Positions 15,345-24,462 of a DNA stretch of 64,000 bases are shown here, one piece after another; positions within the stretch are counted from its first letter, which is position 1; every line of letters begins with the position of its first letter. A model generated the notes under the pieces. The model did no database searches, had not been told where the DNA came from, and saw only the letters and a list, made by a program, of their open reading frames with translations. Source of the DNA: an uncultured Alphaproteobacteria bacterium (GTDB lineage: Bacteria > Pseudomonadota > Alphaproteobacteria > Rs-D84); contig CALXPB010000004.1 of NCBI GenBank assembly GCA_944390225.1, positions 2,366 through 66,365 of the forward strand, written 5' to 3'. The position numbers and the translations under genes are program-made.

Positions 15345-17060
15345 ATGGGGGACTTTATAAAAACACAAAACACGTTTGCCGACGGTGAAGTCGCACCAGA
15401 ATTTTACGCGCGCGATAATATAAACGGACTTTCAAAATTAGAAAATATGTACGTTTTGGCTGGGGGTGGGCTTTCCAGAAGACCTGGGTTAGAACACGTC
15501 GCAGATTTAACTTCTGCAGCCAGATTAATTGCTTTTTCCGTAAGCGAAAACGAAAATTATTTATTGGCACTGACGGATGAGCATATTTTAATTTTCTCTG
15601 ACGGACAGGAAATAGAGGATATAATTTCTCCGTGGGATGCCGGCGATCTTTCAAAAATTCAATACGCACAGAGATTCGGTACAATAATTTTTGTACATCC
15701 AGATTATCAACCGTATACTTTAAAGAAGTCCGATGACGAATTTATTTTATCTGCGTTTAATTTTGCGGTTAACGAATCTGATATGACAGTATATATACCG
15801 TTTATGAGATTTGATGATACGGAAAACCTTAAAATAACGGTGCTGTCAAATTCGGCAGGCAGTAATTATGCTACATTCAAGACAGATGAAGATTTTTGGA
15901 CGCCGGATGACGTAGAAGGAATATTTCTGCTGTTGGAAAAGCAATGGAAAATTACAGAATATGTAAACGCAAAGGAAGTGAAGGCTTTTGTTAACGGTAC
16001 TTATACGGTTCCGTCTGCACCGGTCTCGGATTGGCGTGAGGCCGCGTTCAGTAAAAAACGAGGTTGGCCGTGTAGCATAACTTTTCATCAAGATAGACTT
16101 GTTTTCGGAGGTTCTCGTTCTTGGCCAAGCGGTGTATGGTTATCACAAGTAGGAAGGCATAATAATTTTAATGTCGGAACGGGTTTGGATGACGAGGCCA
16201 TTTTTATAACATTATTATCGCAACAAAGACAGCAGATATGTACAGTTGTCAGCAGTGATAATCTGCAAATTCTGACTTCTACGGGTGAGTGGGCGATTTC
16301 AAGCAAACCTTTGACACCTTCGGTTGTTGATGTAAAACAACATACTTCCGTTGGCAGCGTTGCTTCAAGGTACCTGCCACCACAGAAAATTGAGGGCTCA
16401 ACGGTTTTCATTTCAAGCAGTAAAAAAGATATTCGCGAATTAAGTTTGGATCAGTTAGGTGAAAATTATAACGCAACAGATTTGTGCGCTTTGTCAAAGC
16501 ATCTTATGCAAGATCCAGTAGATTTATCTTATAACGAAGAAATGCGACAACTGTTTGTCGTTATGAATTCTGGAGATATGGCGGTGCTAAATAAAAATTC
16601 TGCGCTTGGTATCTCGGCTTGGGGAACATATAAAACGCAGGGAACTTTTAAGTCCGTTGCAACTGTTCAGGGTGAAACGTTCGTTGTTGTTATTCGCAAC
16701 GAAAACGCTTTTCTTGAAAAGTTTTCTGAAAGTGCTTTGCAAGATGTAGATGAGTATGGTTTCTCGTTTACCGCGTCTGCTCTGCCTGTGCGAGCGTCTG
16801 GGCATAATGCAAATAAACTTAGATTGCGCAAAATTTCTGCAAGAGTTTTAAATACTAAAACCTTGTTTATAAATGAAGTGCGTGCCGATTTACCCAATGA
16901 AATTTATAATGAAACTTTCGATGGTTATAGCGGTGACGTTTCAATAAATTTATTGGGTTGTCAAAGAAACTGTATAAACGCACCGTGGACCATCAAAAGC
17001 AGTGAACAATTACCGGCAACGGTCTTATCCGTTAGTATGTACGGATATTATTTAGTGTAA
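15345..17060 (+). CDS. T7 gp12-like tail tubular protein B / nozzle
   Basis: 571 aa. The N-terminus TFADGEVAPEFYARDNINGLSKLENMYVLAGGGLSRRPGLEHV matches the G.lsp.l..R.D...y..gl..leN..v...Gg..rRpG signature. It follows the gp11-like gene, as in T7-like phages. Confidence 0.55.
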   Translation: MGDFIKTQNTFADGEVAPEFYARDNINGLSKLENMYVLAGGGLSRRPGLEHVADLTSAARLIAFSVSENENYLLALTDEHILIFSDGQEIEDIISPWDAGDLSKIQYAQRFGTIIFVHPDYQPYTLKKSDDEFILSAFNFAVNESDMTVYIPFMRFDDTENLKITVLSNSAGSNYATFKTDEDFWTPDDVEGIFLLLEKQWKITEYVNAKEVKAFVNGTYTVPSAPVSDWREAAFSKKRGWPCSITFHQDRLVFGGSRSWPSGVWLSQVGRHNNFNVGTGLDDEAIFITLLSQQRQQICTVVSSDNLQILTSTGEWAISSKPLTPSVVDVKQHTSVGSVASRYLPPQKIEGSTVFISSSKKDIRELSLDQLGENYNATDLCALSKHLMQDPVDLSYNEEMRQLFVVMNSGDMAVLNKNSALGISAWGTYKTQGTFKSVATVQGETFVVVIRNENAFLEKFSESALQDVDEYGFSFTASALPVRASGHNANKLRLRKISARVLNTKTLFINEVRADLPNEIYNETFDGYSGDVSINLLGCQRNCINAPWTIKSSEQLPATVLSVSMYGYYLV

Positions 17061-17076
17061 ACAATGGGAGAAAATT

Positions 17077-17424
17077 ATGGGACAACTAGTATCAGATGTA
17101 ACAGATATTCTGGATTATAAAAATTCTAAGAAAGAGGCAGAAACGGAACGTCAAAAGATACTTGCCGAAATGGCCAAAGACGAAACCGAGAAAACTAATT
17201 TGGTAAAGAAAACTTTGGCAACTCAACGCGCAAAATACGGTGCGTCTGGGATGTCGGGTAAAAGTATGACCGAAGGAGCAGTTCTGAAACGATTGAAACA
17301 AGAAGTTGAAGAACCATATGAAACAAAACGGCGTACAAATAAGGAAAAGTTAAAAAAAATAAAGGTAACAAAGCCGAATATCTTGCAATCAATCTTAGAT
17401 AAGTTTGACGATCTGTTGGACTAG
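17077..17424 (+). CDS. hypothetical Lys/Glu-rich coiled-coil virion-module protein
   Basis: 115 aa with SD gggag. It lies between the nozzle and fibre-adaptor genes. No family recognised. Confidence 0.45.
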   Translation: MGQLVSDVTDILDYKNSKKEAETERQKILAEMAKDETEKTNLVKKTLATQRAKYGASGMSGKSMTEGAVLKRLKQEVEEPYETKRRTNKEKLKKIKVTKPNILQSILDKFDDLLD

Positions 17425-17437
17425 AATGGAGGCACAT

Positions 17438-17986
17438 ATGTATAAAATATCTTATGTCGGTGACGGCTTGACTTCGGAGTTTTTATTTGCCTTCCCATTC
17501 TTTCAGGACGCCGATATAAAAGTCGCTTTGGACGAAAAACTTTTATCCGAGAATCAATACTCTGTGTACGCTAATGAAAATTTTGACGGAGGAACAGTAA
17601 TTTTTTCAACGCCTCCGGCGGAAGATGTTAAGATAGATATATTCAGACAAATTTCTTTGTCGCGCGTAGTAGATTATCAGCCAACCGCAAAAATTGACCC
17701 AGAAAGTCTAAACTCGGACTTTAACTTTCTTTTGGAAGCCTTCAAGGATTTGCATTCAATAGAAGTTAATGTAACAGAATGGGCGAATATCCACGATAAT
17801 GTTATGAATTTCTTGAATTATAACTTGCAAGTAATTGAAGATAAATTATCTGGCGGAGCTGTTTTAGGCCTATATAATAATCTGGTGTCTGTATTGGAAA
17901 GCGCGCTACCTAAACTGATAAACGATTACGGCAGTATCACGGAAACCGCGCCTAACGAAAATAAAGATGATTACGGACTTTTATAA
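17438..17986 (+). CDS. T7 gp17 N-terminal-domain-like tail fibre adaptor (short, no distal fibre domain)
   Basis: 182 aa. YVGDGLTSEFLFAFPFFQDADIKVALDEKLL..YSV..GGTVIFSTPPAEDVKIDIFRQISLSRVVDYQPTAKIDPESLNSDFNFLLEAFKDL matches the Phage_T7_tail N-domain pattern. Start is at ATG 17438 with SD ggagg. Confidence 0.58.
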   Translation: MYKISYVGDGLTSEFLFAFPFFQDADIKVALDEKLLSENQYSVYANENFDGGTVIFSTPPAEDVKIDIFRQISLSRVVDYQPTAKIDPESLNSDFNFLLEAFKDLHSIEVNVTEWANIHDNVMNFLNYNLQVIEDKLSGGAVLGLYNNLVSVLESALPKLINDYGSITETAPNENKDDYGLL

Positions 17987-18575
17987 CTTCTTGGACGAAT
18001 GGAACGCGATTCTTAATTTTGAAACACCTCGTCACCATAAAGAAATAATGAAGTTCTTGGTTTCTGTTCTATGTGCGGAACCTCATCGAGGTTTATTGAT
18101 GTCTTTCAGACATTCTGGAAAATCAACAGTGGTAGGTATTTTCGCCGCGTGTCTATTGTGCTTGCACCCAGAAACGAGAATTCTGATATTGTCCGCAGAA
18201 AGTAGTTTATCGGCTCGAATGGTTTCCCATATAAAACATATACTGGAAAATCATCCGCGTTGTAAAGATTTAATACCAGATGTAAAAAAGGAATGGGCTC
18301 TGGGAAGGATAACGGTTAATAGACCGATAGGTATACGTGAACCGTCTGTGATTTGTCAGGGGGTATACGGTAATATAACTGGTATGCGTGCAGATTTAAT
18401 AATTTGTGATGATGTAGAGGTACCAAATACCTGTAATACCGCACAGAAAAGAGAAAATCTGAGAGAACGTTTGCGAGAACTTGACTTTATTCTGTCACCT
18501 TCTGGTACAATGATTTATATAGGTACACCGCATACGTTGGACACGATTTATAGAACAAAAGATGCCGATTGTTAA
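17967..18575 (+). CDS. terminase large subunit, N-terminal ATPase-domain fragment (split gene)
   Basis: 202 aa. TPRHHKEI, Walker A FRHSGKSTV, Walker B ADLIICDDVE, and coupling motif IGTPHT, then a stop after ..IYRTKDADC. No nuclease domain. Confidence 0.7.
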   Translation: MITDFYNFLDEWNAILNFETPRHHKEIMKFLVSVLCAEPHRGLLMSFRHSGKSTVVGIFAACLLCLHPETRILILSAESSLSARMVSHIKHILENHPRCKDLIPDVKKEWALGRITVNRPIGIREPSVICQGVYGNITGMRADLIICDDVEVPNTCNTAQKRENLRERLRELDFILSPSGTMIYIGTPHTLDTIYRTKDADC

Positions 18576-19252
18576 ATTGTTGTAGGTGCATCGGGTGCGT
18601 TATCTGTATCAATCGGTTTAATTGTTGTAATGAAAGAGCGTAGTTTTTCTAGTAGTTCTGTACCGGCGTTTCCGAACATCGGTAGGTAAGTTTCATATTC
18701 TGGCATATCTGCTTGTAATTGTGCGCGTGCTCTTTCCGAAAGCGGTTGATTTATCATATCGCTGGCAACTTTCCATAAGTAATAAGCGCGGTAAGTTTTT
18801 GCGATGACAGACCATTTTTCTAGTAAATCCGGTCTTTCGGCAAGTGCGGCGCGTATGGCAACCAACCACTCATCGCCGAATTTTTTTATTACGTCCAGAC
18901 TTTGCAGTTTTTCCAGACTTTCTTCATCTGGAATAAAACTGTTAATCCCCGCTTCCAATTCTTCCCATTCTGTCGGTGTTAAAGATATTGGTGCAACGCT
19001 TTCTGTCATAAGACCACCATAAGGTAGCAAATCACGCTCGATAGAATCCATAGGGGTTTTACCGCTACGTAAGTTTTCTATATGTCGGACAAGCATCTTA
19101 CCTGTTGGTAATTCGCGTAATTCTTTTATTACATCTGGGGTTGCTTCGTTAATAAAAACCTCATTAACAGCTGCCCACCCACCGAAAATTACGTGTTCTT
19201 GGCGATAAAGGTTTAACAATCTTTGTGCGGTTACGCTAACTTTTGCTTTCAT
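18572..19252 (-). CDS. hypothetical protein (226 aa)
   Basis: ORF downstream of the dual-HTH gene. Start is set at ATG 19252 with SD gggggag (track start 19294). The protein is helical and acidic. No family recognised. Confidence 0.5.
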   Translation of the reverse strand: MKAKVSVTAQRLLNLYRQEHVIFGGWAAVNEVFINEATPDVIKELRELPTGKMLVRHIENLRSGKTPMDSIERDLLPYGGLMTESVAPISLTPTEWEELEAGINSFIPDEESLEKLQSLDVIKKFGDEWLVAIRAALAERPDLLEKWSVIAKTYRAYYLWKVASDMINQPLSERARAQLQADMPEYETYLPMFGNAGTELLEKLRSFITTIKPIDTDNAPDAPTTI

Positions 19253-19280
19253 TGGCTCCCCCCATCTGAGCAAGAAAAAT

Positions 19281-20288
19281 TTATTCCATGACAATCATTA
19301 TTACTTTATGTAATGTTTTGCCAAAGATTTTTTCTTCTGGTGAAGATACCTGACCGTATATTTTTCCTCTGGCATCTTGACGGACAAGAACTATCTGTGC
19401 GGTTGTTGCTTCTTCTGAATTTAAAGAGTCGAAATTTTTATCAATAGAAACCGCCAAGTCGCCAACTTGTGCCGGTGTATCTGAATCAACGAACACATAC
19501 GCGCTTTCGGGCAGATAACCGTTTACACGTTTGGAGTTTGGTACTACTGCATATACACCCTTGCGACCCTCTAACATCATCGGAGCAACAATCATTTTTG
19601 TGTCGGACTTTCTGAAAGAAATACTTTTGCCTTCTGGAACGCCGAATACGGGTACTAACTTTTTACGTGCGCTGTCATAGATTTTTGCGCCGTACAGGCT
19701 GTCATGCATATCAATGTCAGTTAAAGGATTCCCCGGAACAAGAACGGATTTTACGCGTTCTTTTACTTTATTAATTTGTTTGTTTAATTCGCCGGCTTTA
19801 TAAAGTTCTGCTATTTTATCAAACAAGCCATCGGTCGTATAGTTAAAGGATTTTGCCAACGGTTCGATTTCATTTTCGTAAATTTCACGTTGCCCGACTT
19901 CTATCTTGTGATAGACAGATAGTGTCATACCGGCATTCTTAGCAGCCTGTGCAATAGTTTTACCCTGTAACTGACGGATTTTTCTTATACCACTGCCGAA
20001 AATCTTTAATCCACCGTCTTCGTTGTCGGTCATGCGACGTTTAATTTCATTTTGCCACTGATTTGCGACTTCATCTGTTTCTTTGATAAATATATCTGAT
20101 AACTTACATCCAAGTATGTTGCATATATTTAATAACTGCTTTTGGTTCAAGCGTCTTACGCCTTTTTCAATTTTTGAAACGGCAGACAACGACAAGTTTG
20201 ATTGACGTGCTAATTCGGTCATTTTCATGCCGTTAGCCAACCTGATGTTTCTTATGTTGTTAGGAAAAATGATTTCTTCTTGAGCCAT
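19281..20288 (-). CDS. dual-HTH XRE-family regulator with C-terminal S24/LexA-like beta domain lacking an obvious Ser-Lys dyad
   Basis: Two HTH_3 units (NIRNIRLANGMKMTELARQSNLSLSAVSKIEKG; GIRKIRQLQGKTIAQAAKNAGMTLSVYHKIEVG). The C-terminal ~120 aa has ..VYAVVPNSKRVNGYLPESAYVFVDSDTPAQVGDLAV. Start is at ATG 20288 with SD aaggag. Confidence 0.72.
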   Translation of the reverse strand: MAQEEIIFPNNIRNIRLANGMKMTELARQSNLSLSAVSKIEKGVRRLNQKQLLNICNILGCKLSDIFIKETDEVANQWQNEIKRRMTDNEDGGLKIFGSGIRKIRQLQGKTIAQAAKNAGMTLSVYHKIEVGQREIYENEIEPLAKSFNYTTDGLFDKIAELYKAGELNKQINKVKERVKSVLVPGNPLTDIDMHDSLYGAKIYDSARKKLVPVFGVPEGKSISFRKSDTKMIVAPMMLEGRKGVYAVVPNSKRVNGYLPESAYVFVDSDTPAQVGDLAVSIDKNFDSLNSEEATTAQIVLVRQDARGKIYGQVSSPEEKIFGKTLHKVIMIVME

Positions 20289-20356
20289 CGCAAAACTCCT
20301 TACTTTTCTTGACAAAATGATAGTCGTTTTTTCAGCACTTCGCAAGCATAAAATGA

Positions 20357-21907
20357 TTATAGCGGTATATCATCAGGAATTTCACTGGTGTCAATTTGCT
20401 CTGGCTGAGAGTCCGGTTTATCTGATGTGTTAATTTGGTCATCCAAGAAATCGTTAGATATTCTGCCTTCCATCTCGTCAAGATTATCAAACAGGCTGTA
20501 ATCACCGAAGAACGCAAGATGCACTGTTTCTGGGCGACCGTGACGGTTTTTCCCGATGATGACATCTGCTTTACCGCGCGCGCGTTCAAGACGTTTCTGG
20601 TAATTTTCAATTATTTTTTCGTTTGCATTACCGGATATGCGCTGTGATGGATCTCGGTTTTCCAGATAGTATTCTTCACGATATGTAAACATTACAATAT
20701 CAGCGTCTTGTTCAATGGAACCGGATTCGCGTAAGTCCGCCAGTTGCGGGCGCTTGTCATCACGAGATTCAACGCTTCGAGACAATTGTGATAGTGCAAT
20801 TATAGGAACATCAAATTCCTTGGCCAGCATTTTTAAACCGCGGGTAATCTCGGAAATTTCTTGAACGCGGTTATCGCTACGTTTTCCGCCCGGCAGAGTC
20901 ATAAGTTGTAAATAATCGATTACTATAAGTGCGACGCCACCATATTTGCGAGCAAGGCGTCTGGTGCGCGTTCTGATTGTAGGAACTGACATACCAGGAG
21001 TGTCATCAATTACTAACGGTACATTACCGATTGCCGCAGAATATTGAGACATTTTCAAGAAGTCTTCATCTGTCAGATTCCCTTCGCGCATTGCCGTTGC
21101 AGGTACTTTTGATTGGGAAGATAATACGCGCGTCGCTAATTGAGAAGCAGACATTTCAAGACTGAAAAATATTACGGCTCCTTTATATTGTTTATTGGCT
21201 CGACCGTAAAGAATTGCGTTTGCCGCATTAAATGCGATATTCATCGCCAAAGTCGTCTTACCCATAGCCGGACGACCCGCAATTATAAGTAAATCTGAGT
21301 GGTGTAAACCGCTGATGGATTTATCCAAAGCCGTTAAACCAGTAGTCAAACCAGATAGTTTACCGTCTGCTTTATATGCTATTTCAGCCTCTTGTAGAGC
21401 ACTTTGCAGAGCCGTTGCAATAGAACATCCTTCATGTTCCGATACACCGGCAGATGCCATTTCAAACAATTTCTGTTCGGCAGATTCAATTTGCGCAGAT
21501 ACCGGATTGTCTAAGTCCTCTATAAAAGCGGCATCGGTAATTGATTGCCCCAGATTGATTAAGTCGCGACGCAAAGCGTTTTCATAAACTATGCGACCGT
21601 ATTGTTCAACGTTTACTACGGTTGCACCTGCGCTGGATAATTGGGTTAAATAGTCAATTCCACCAACAGATTCTAAGACACCTTGTTGATCAAGATAATT
21701 TTTTGCCGTTATTATATCAAACGGTATTCCAGCAGAGAATTGTCTTTCTGCCAATTTATATATTTCTTGGTGTGCTGGATGGGAAAAATGTTCGGCGCGC
21801 AGAAATTCTGACACCTTTTCCAGTGCGCGATTATTCATCAGAACTGCCGCCAGAACAGCTTGTTCTGCTTCTAGATTCGTCGGCAAGGTTTTGGGAGTGA
21901 AGTCCAT
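20357..21907 (-). CDS. dnaB: replicative DNA helicase DnaB with ~35-aa acidic C-terminal tail
   Basis: N-terminal NLEAEQAVLAAVL, Walker A GRPAMGKTTLAMN, IVIDYLQLM, and SQLSR..E. There is no SD before the ATG, and its start codon interlocks with the plus-strand ATG at 21906. Confidence 0.9.
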   Translation of the reverse strand: MDFTPKTLPTNLEAEQAVLAAVLMNNRALEKVSEFLRAEHFSHPAHQEIYKLAERQFSAGIPFDIITAKNYLDQQGVLESVGGIDYLTQLSSAGATVVNVEQYGRIVYENALRRDLINLGQSITDAAFIEDLDNPVSAQIESAEQKLFEMASAGVSEHEGCSIATALQSALQEAEIAYKADGKLSGLTTGLTALDKSISGLHHSDLLIIAGRPAMGKTTLAMNIAFNAANAILYGRANKQYKGAVIFFSLEMSASQLATRVLSSQSKVPATAMREGNLTDEDFLKMSQYSAAIGNVPLVIDDTPGMSVPTIRTRTRRLARKYGGVALIVIDYLQLMTLPGGKRSDNRVQEISEITRGLKMLAKEFDVPIIALSQLSRSVESRDDKRPQLADLRESGSIEQDADIVMFTYREEYYLENRDPSQRISGNANEKIIENYQKRLERARGKADVIIGKNRHGRPETVHLAFFGDYSLFDNLDEMEGRISNDFLDDQINTSDKPDSQPEQIDTSEIPDDIPL

Positions 21908-22754
21908 GTCAAATATAGTATATAAAAATTTTGCTTTTTCAACGCCTTTTTTAACTGGCTATCGCGAATTAAGAATTCCCATAATAGATTCTGCCGGGAA
22001 TCCGGCTTGGCCCGAATTGTTCCCGATAGAACGTATCGAAGATTTACGACAAACTGTCGGAGATAGATATTTTTCGGCTCAGATGATGTTGCAATTTGTT
22101 CCACCGGATCGTGCGCGTCTGGATCCTGATTCGCTACATCTTTATGATGATGATTTTGACATCAGAAACGCAAAAATAGGGAACGCTTTAATTACAGGAG
22201 TAACTGCGTATTGGGACCCTTCTTCAGGCAGAAAAAAATCAGACGGCAGTGTCTGCGTGCTTATTTACAGAGACGATAAAAATAAGCATTTTTTCATTCA
22301 TGATGTTAAGTATCTTTTGGTATCAGATGAAGAAAATCACCCTTTGGCTCATCAATGTCAGATGGTATCGGATTTCTTATCAAAGCATGCTTTGCACAAA
22401 ATTTATATAGAAACAAATGGTATGGGAAATGCGTTACCAGAGATAATGAGAACGGTTACTCAGCAACGCGGAATAAAAGTTCAGGTGCAAAAGATTCTGA
22501 ACCACTCAAAAAAAGAAAGCAGAATACTTGATACCATAGAACCTATTTTAACTACGGGCAGACTACACGCGCATCGACGTGTTCAGTTCACGCCTTTGTT
22601 ATCAGAGATGTTAGGCTGGTCACCAGTAGGCAGCACCGGACATGATGACGGTCTGGACGCCGTTGCAGGTGCAATTTGTGCTGCACCGTTACCTGTACGT
22701 CCTTTGGGACAAAGATTACGTCCGTTCACAGCAAATACAGATTTCAAGTTGTAA
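21906..22754 (+). CDS. terminase large subunit, C-terminal (nuclease-domain) fragment (split gene)
   Basis: About 282 aa. WPELFPIERIEDLR..YFSAQMMLQ, RNase-H-like nuclease motifs AYWDPSSG, IETNGMGN and GHDDGLDAVAGA. Own SD gggag lies 8 nt before ATG 21906; the track gives a TTG start at 21891. Confidence 0.68.
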   Translation: MSNIVYKNFAFSTPFLTGYRELRIPIIDSAGNPAWPELFPIERIEDLRQTVGDRYFSAQMMLQFVPPDRARLDPDSLHLYDDDFDIRNAKIGNALITGVTAYWDPSSGRKKSDGSVCVLIYRDDKNKHFFIHDVKYLLVSDEENHPLAHQCQMVSDFLSKHALHKIYIETNGMGNALPEIMRTVTQQRGIKVQVQKILNHSKKESRILDTIEPILTTGRLHAHRRVQFTPLLSEMLGWSPVGSTGHDDGLDAVAGAICAAPLPVRPLGQRLRPFTANTDFKL

Positions 22755-22774
22755 CAATTATAAAAGGAGCAAAT

Positions 22775-23998
22775 ATGCAGAATAATTTACAACAAATGTA
22801 TCGTCGTGCGCTTGATTTGCGTGCGCCTTGGTTAAACAGATGGGATAATGCTTTGCGTTATACGATGCCGACAGAAGACGATGACGTTGCAACCTTGTTC
22901 GACGCAACGGCAGCCGATGCGGTAGATAACTTAGCAGCGTCAATGTATTCTTTGCTTACACCACCGGAATCTTTATGGATTTCATTGATACCAGAAAGTG
23001 AAGATTCACCAGATGCCGCAACCGCAGCGATGGCATTACGAGCAAACTTAAATGACTCTAATTTTTACACAACTATTCATCAGTGTTATTTAGATTTAGT
23101 AATTTTAGGTACAGCTTGTTTATTCATGGCGGAAAACCCTATCGGTGCGGACTCCGCTTTTTCGTTTACAGCGATACCGATGAAGGATATAGCAATATTA
23201 TCAAACGCAGTGTTTCATACAGCCAGTATGCCTGCACGCGAAGTTATGGAAAAGTATCCGTCTTGGACACCACCGGCAGAGTTGCGCGACGCAATAAAGA
23301 AAGACCCGGATATGCCATTAAAACTTGTACAGAGCCTTGTCGGTAAAGATTTTACTGCTTGGTTGGACGTCGGTGGCGATATAGAAAACAACATCGTGTC
23401 AAAAGGTACGTTTGAAACGAATCCTTACTTAATCTTTCGGTGGTCTGTTGCCAGTGGCGAGTTATATGGGCGAGGCCCTGTATTACGCGCTCTGCCGGAT
23501 ATAAAAACCGCGAATAAGGTCGTGGAATTGGTATTAAAAAACGCAACCATTGCCGTATCCGGTATTTGGCAAGCAGACGATGACGGCGTTATAAATCTTT
23601 CTAACATAAACCTTACTCCCGGGGCAATCATACCAAAAGCGGTTGGCAGTTCGGGTTTAACGCCCTTATCATCAGGAGCAGATTTTGATGTGTCTCAGAT
23701 AATATTGAAAGATTTGCGCGAACGCATTCGTCATGCGTTGCTGGCAGATAGGCTGGGATTGCTATCCGAAAAGGAAATGACCGCAACTGAAATAATGGCG
23801 CGTAATGCGGATATGATGCGAATACTCGGGGCTACATACGGTCGTCTGCTGCACGAGTTCATCCGACCGCTGTGTGAAAGAGGTCTGCAGATTTTATCTC
23901 GTCGCGGAGTGATAGATAAAATATCTTTACACAGCGACGCCGAGTTAAAATATATCGCGCCTATCGCAAAGATGGCCATAGAAGAAACATTATTATAA
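22775..23998 (+). CDS. podovirus head-to-tail connector (portal) protein, T7 gp8-like family
   Basis: 407 aa. LQQMYRRALDLRAPWLNRWDNALRYTMP....DATAADAVDNLAASMYSLLTPPESLW fits the Head-tail_con pattern. Start is at ATG 22775 with SD aaaggag. Confidence 0.65.
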   Translation: MQNNLQQMYRRALDLRAPWLNRWDNALRYTMPTEDDDVATLFDATAADAVDNLAASMYSLLTPPESLWISLIPESEDSPDAATAAMALRANLNDSNFYTTIHQCYLDLVILGTACLFMAENPIGADSAFSFTAIPMKDIAILSNAVFHTASMPAREVMEKYPSWTPPAELRDAIKKDPDMPLKLVQSLVGKDFTAWLDVGGDIENNIVSKGTFETNPYLIFRWSVASGELYGRGPVLRALPDIKTANKVVELVLKNATIAVSGIWQADDDGVINLSNINLTPGAIIPKAVGSSGLTPLSSGADFDVSQIILKDLRERIRHALLADRLGLLSEKEMTATEIMARNADMMRILGATYGRLLHEFIRPLCERGLQILSRRGVIDKISLHSDAELKYIAPIAKMAIEETLL

Positions 23999-24010
23999 AG
24001 AGTCTAAAAA

Positions 24011-24202
24011 ATGAAAGATATAGAGCAAAATTACACAAGAACGTTCTCAACCTCGGCAGGTGCGGCAGTATTGTCGCACTTACGTAGAATAACAATAGAA
24101 CGCGTGCTTGGACCGAACGCCAGTGATTCAGAATTACGCGGTCTAGAAGCGCAACGCGCACTGGTCCATCAGATTGAAAATATGATAGAACGAGGTAAAT
24201 AA
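24011..24202 (+). CDS. Bbp19-like small phage protein
   Basis: 63 aa. TFSTSAGAAVLSHLRR.......LRGLEAQRALVHQIENMI resembles the Bbp19 domain pattern (F....G..VL..L........EG.R.vv..I). Confidence 0.45.
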   Translation: MKDIEQNYTRTFSTSAGAAVLSHLRRITIERVLGPNASDSELRGLEAQRALVHQIENMIERGK

Positions 24203-24459
24203 TGACCACGCAATCAGGCATAATGGGAATTCTGGACGTTTTACGAGACAGTTGGTTTCTCATTGCTTTTATAGCGGGCATAATATATTGGGTCGCGCGT
24301 CAAGATTCTTCACTGGCAGAAATTGATAGAGCAGACCACAGAATAACAACACTTGAAAACCGAGTCACAATACTAGAAACAGGAATCGGGCAGTTGCAGA
24401 TAAAACTGGACGGCATAAAAGAAGATGTTTCTTTGATAAAAACTGCGGTTATAAAATAA
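24202..24459 (+). CDS. membrane-anchored coiled-coil protein (i-spanin-like architecture)
   Basis: 85 aa. One TM (WFLIAFIAGIIYWV) followed by a heptad-rich coil (RITTLENRVTILETGIGQLQIKLDGIKEDV). Last ORF of the phage-like cluster. Confidence 0.45.
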   Translation: MTTQSGIMGILDVLRDSWFLIAFIAGIIYWVARQDSSLAEIDRADHRITTLENRVTILETGIGQLQIKLDGIKEDVSLIKTAVIK

Positions 24460-24462
24460 AAA

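Noticed and set aside
10002-20318. Shared 10-mer TTGACAAAAT near both HTH genes (minus strand at about 10011-10020, plus strand at 20309-20318) as a possible common operator.
   Set aside because: There are only two occurrences, one in each orientation, and the sequence is AT-rich and overlaps a -35-like hexamer. That is too little evidence to call an operator.
18549-21929. Possible target-site duplication at the two terminase junctions (tatagaacaaaagat versus tatagtatataaaaat).
   Set aside because: After the shared tatag only about 6 of 10 positions match, and that needs a gap, in very AT-rich sequence. This is not distinguishable from chance by eye.
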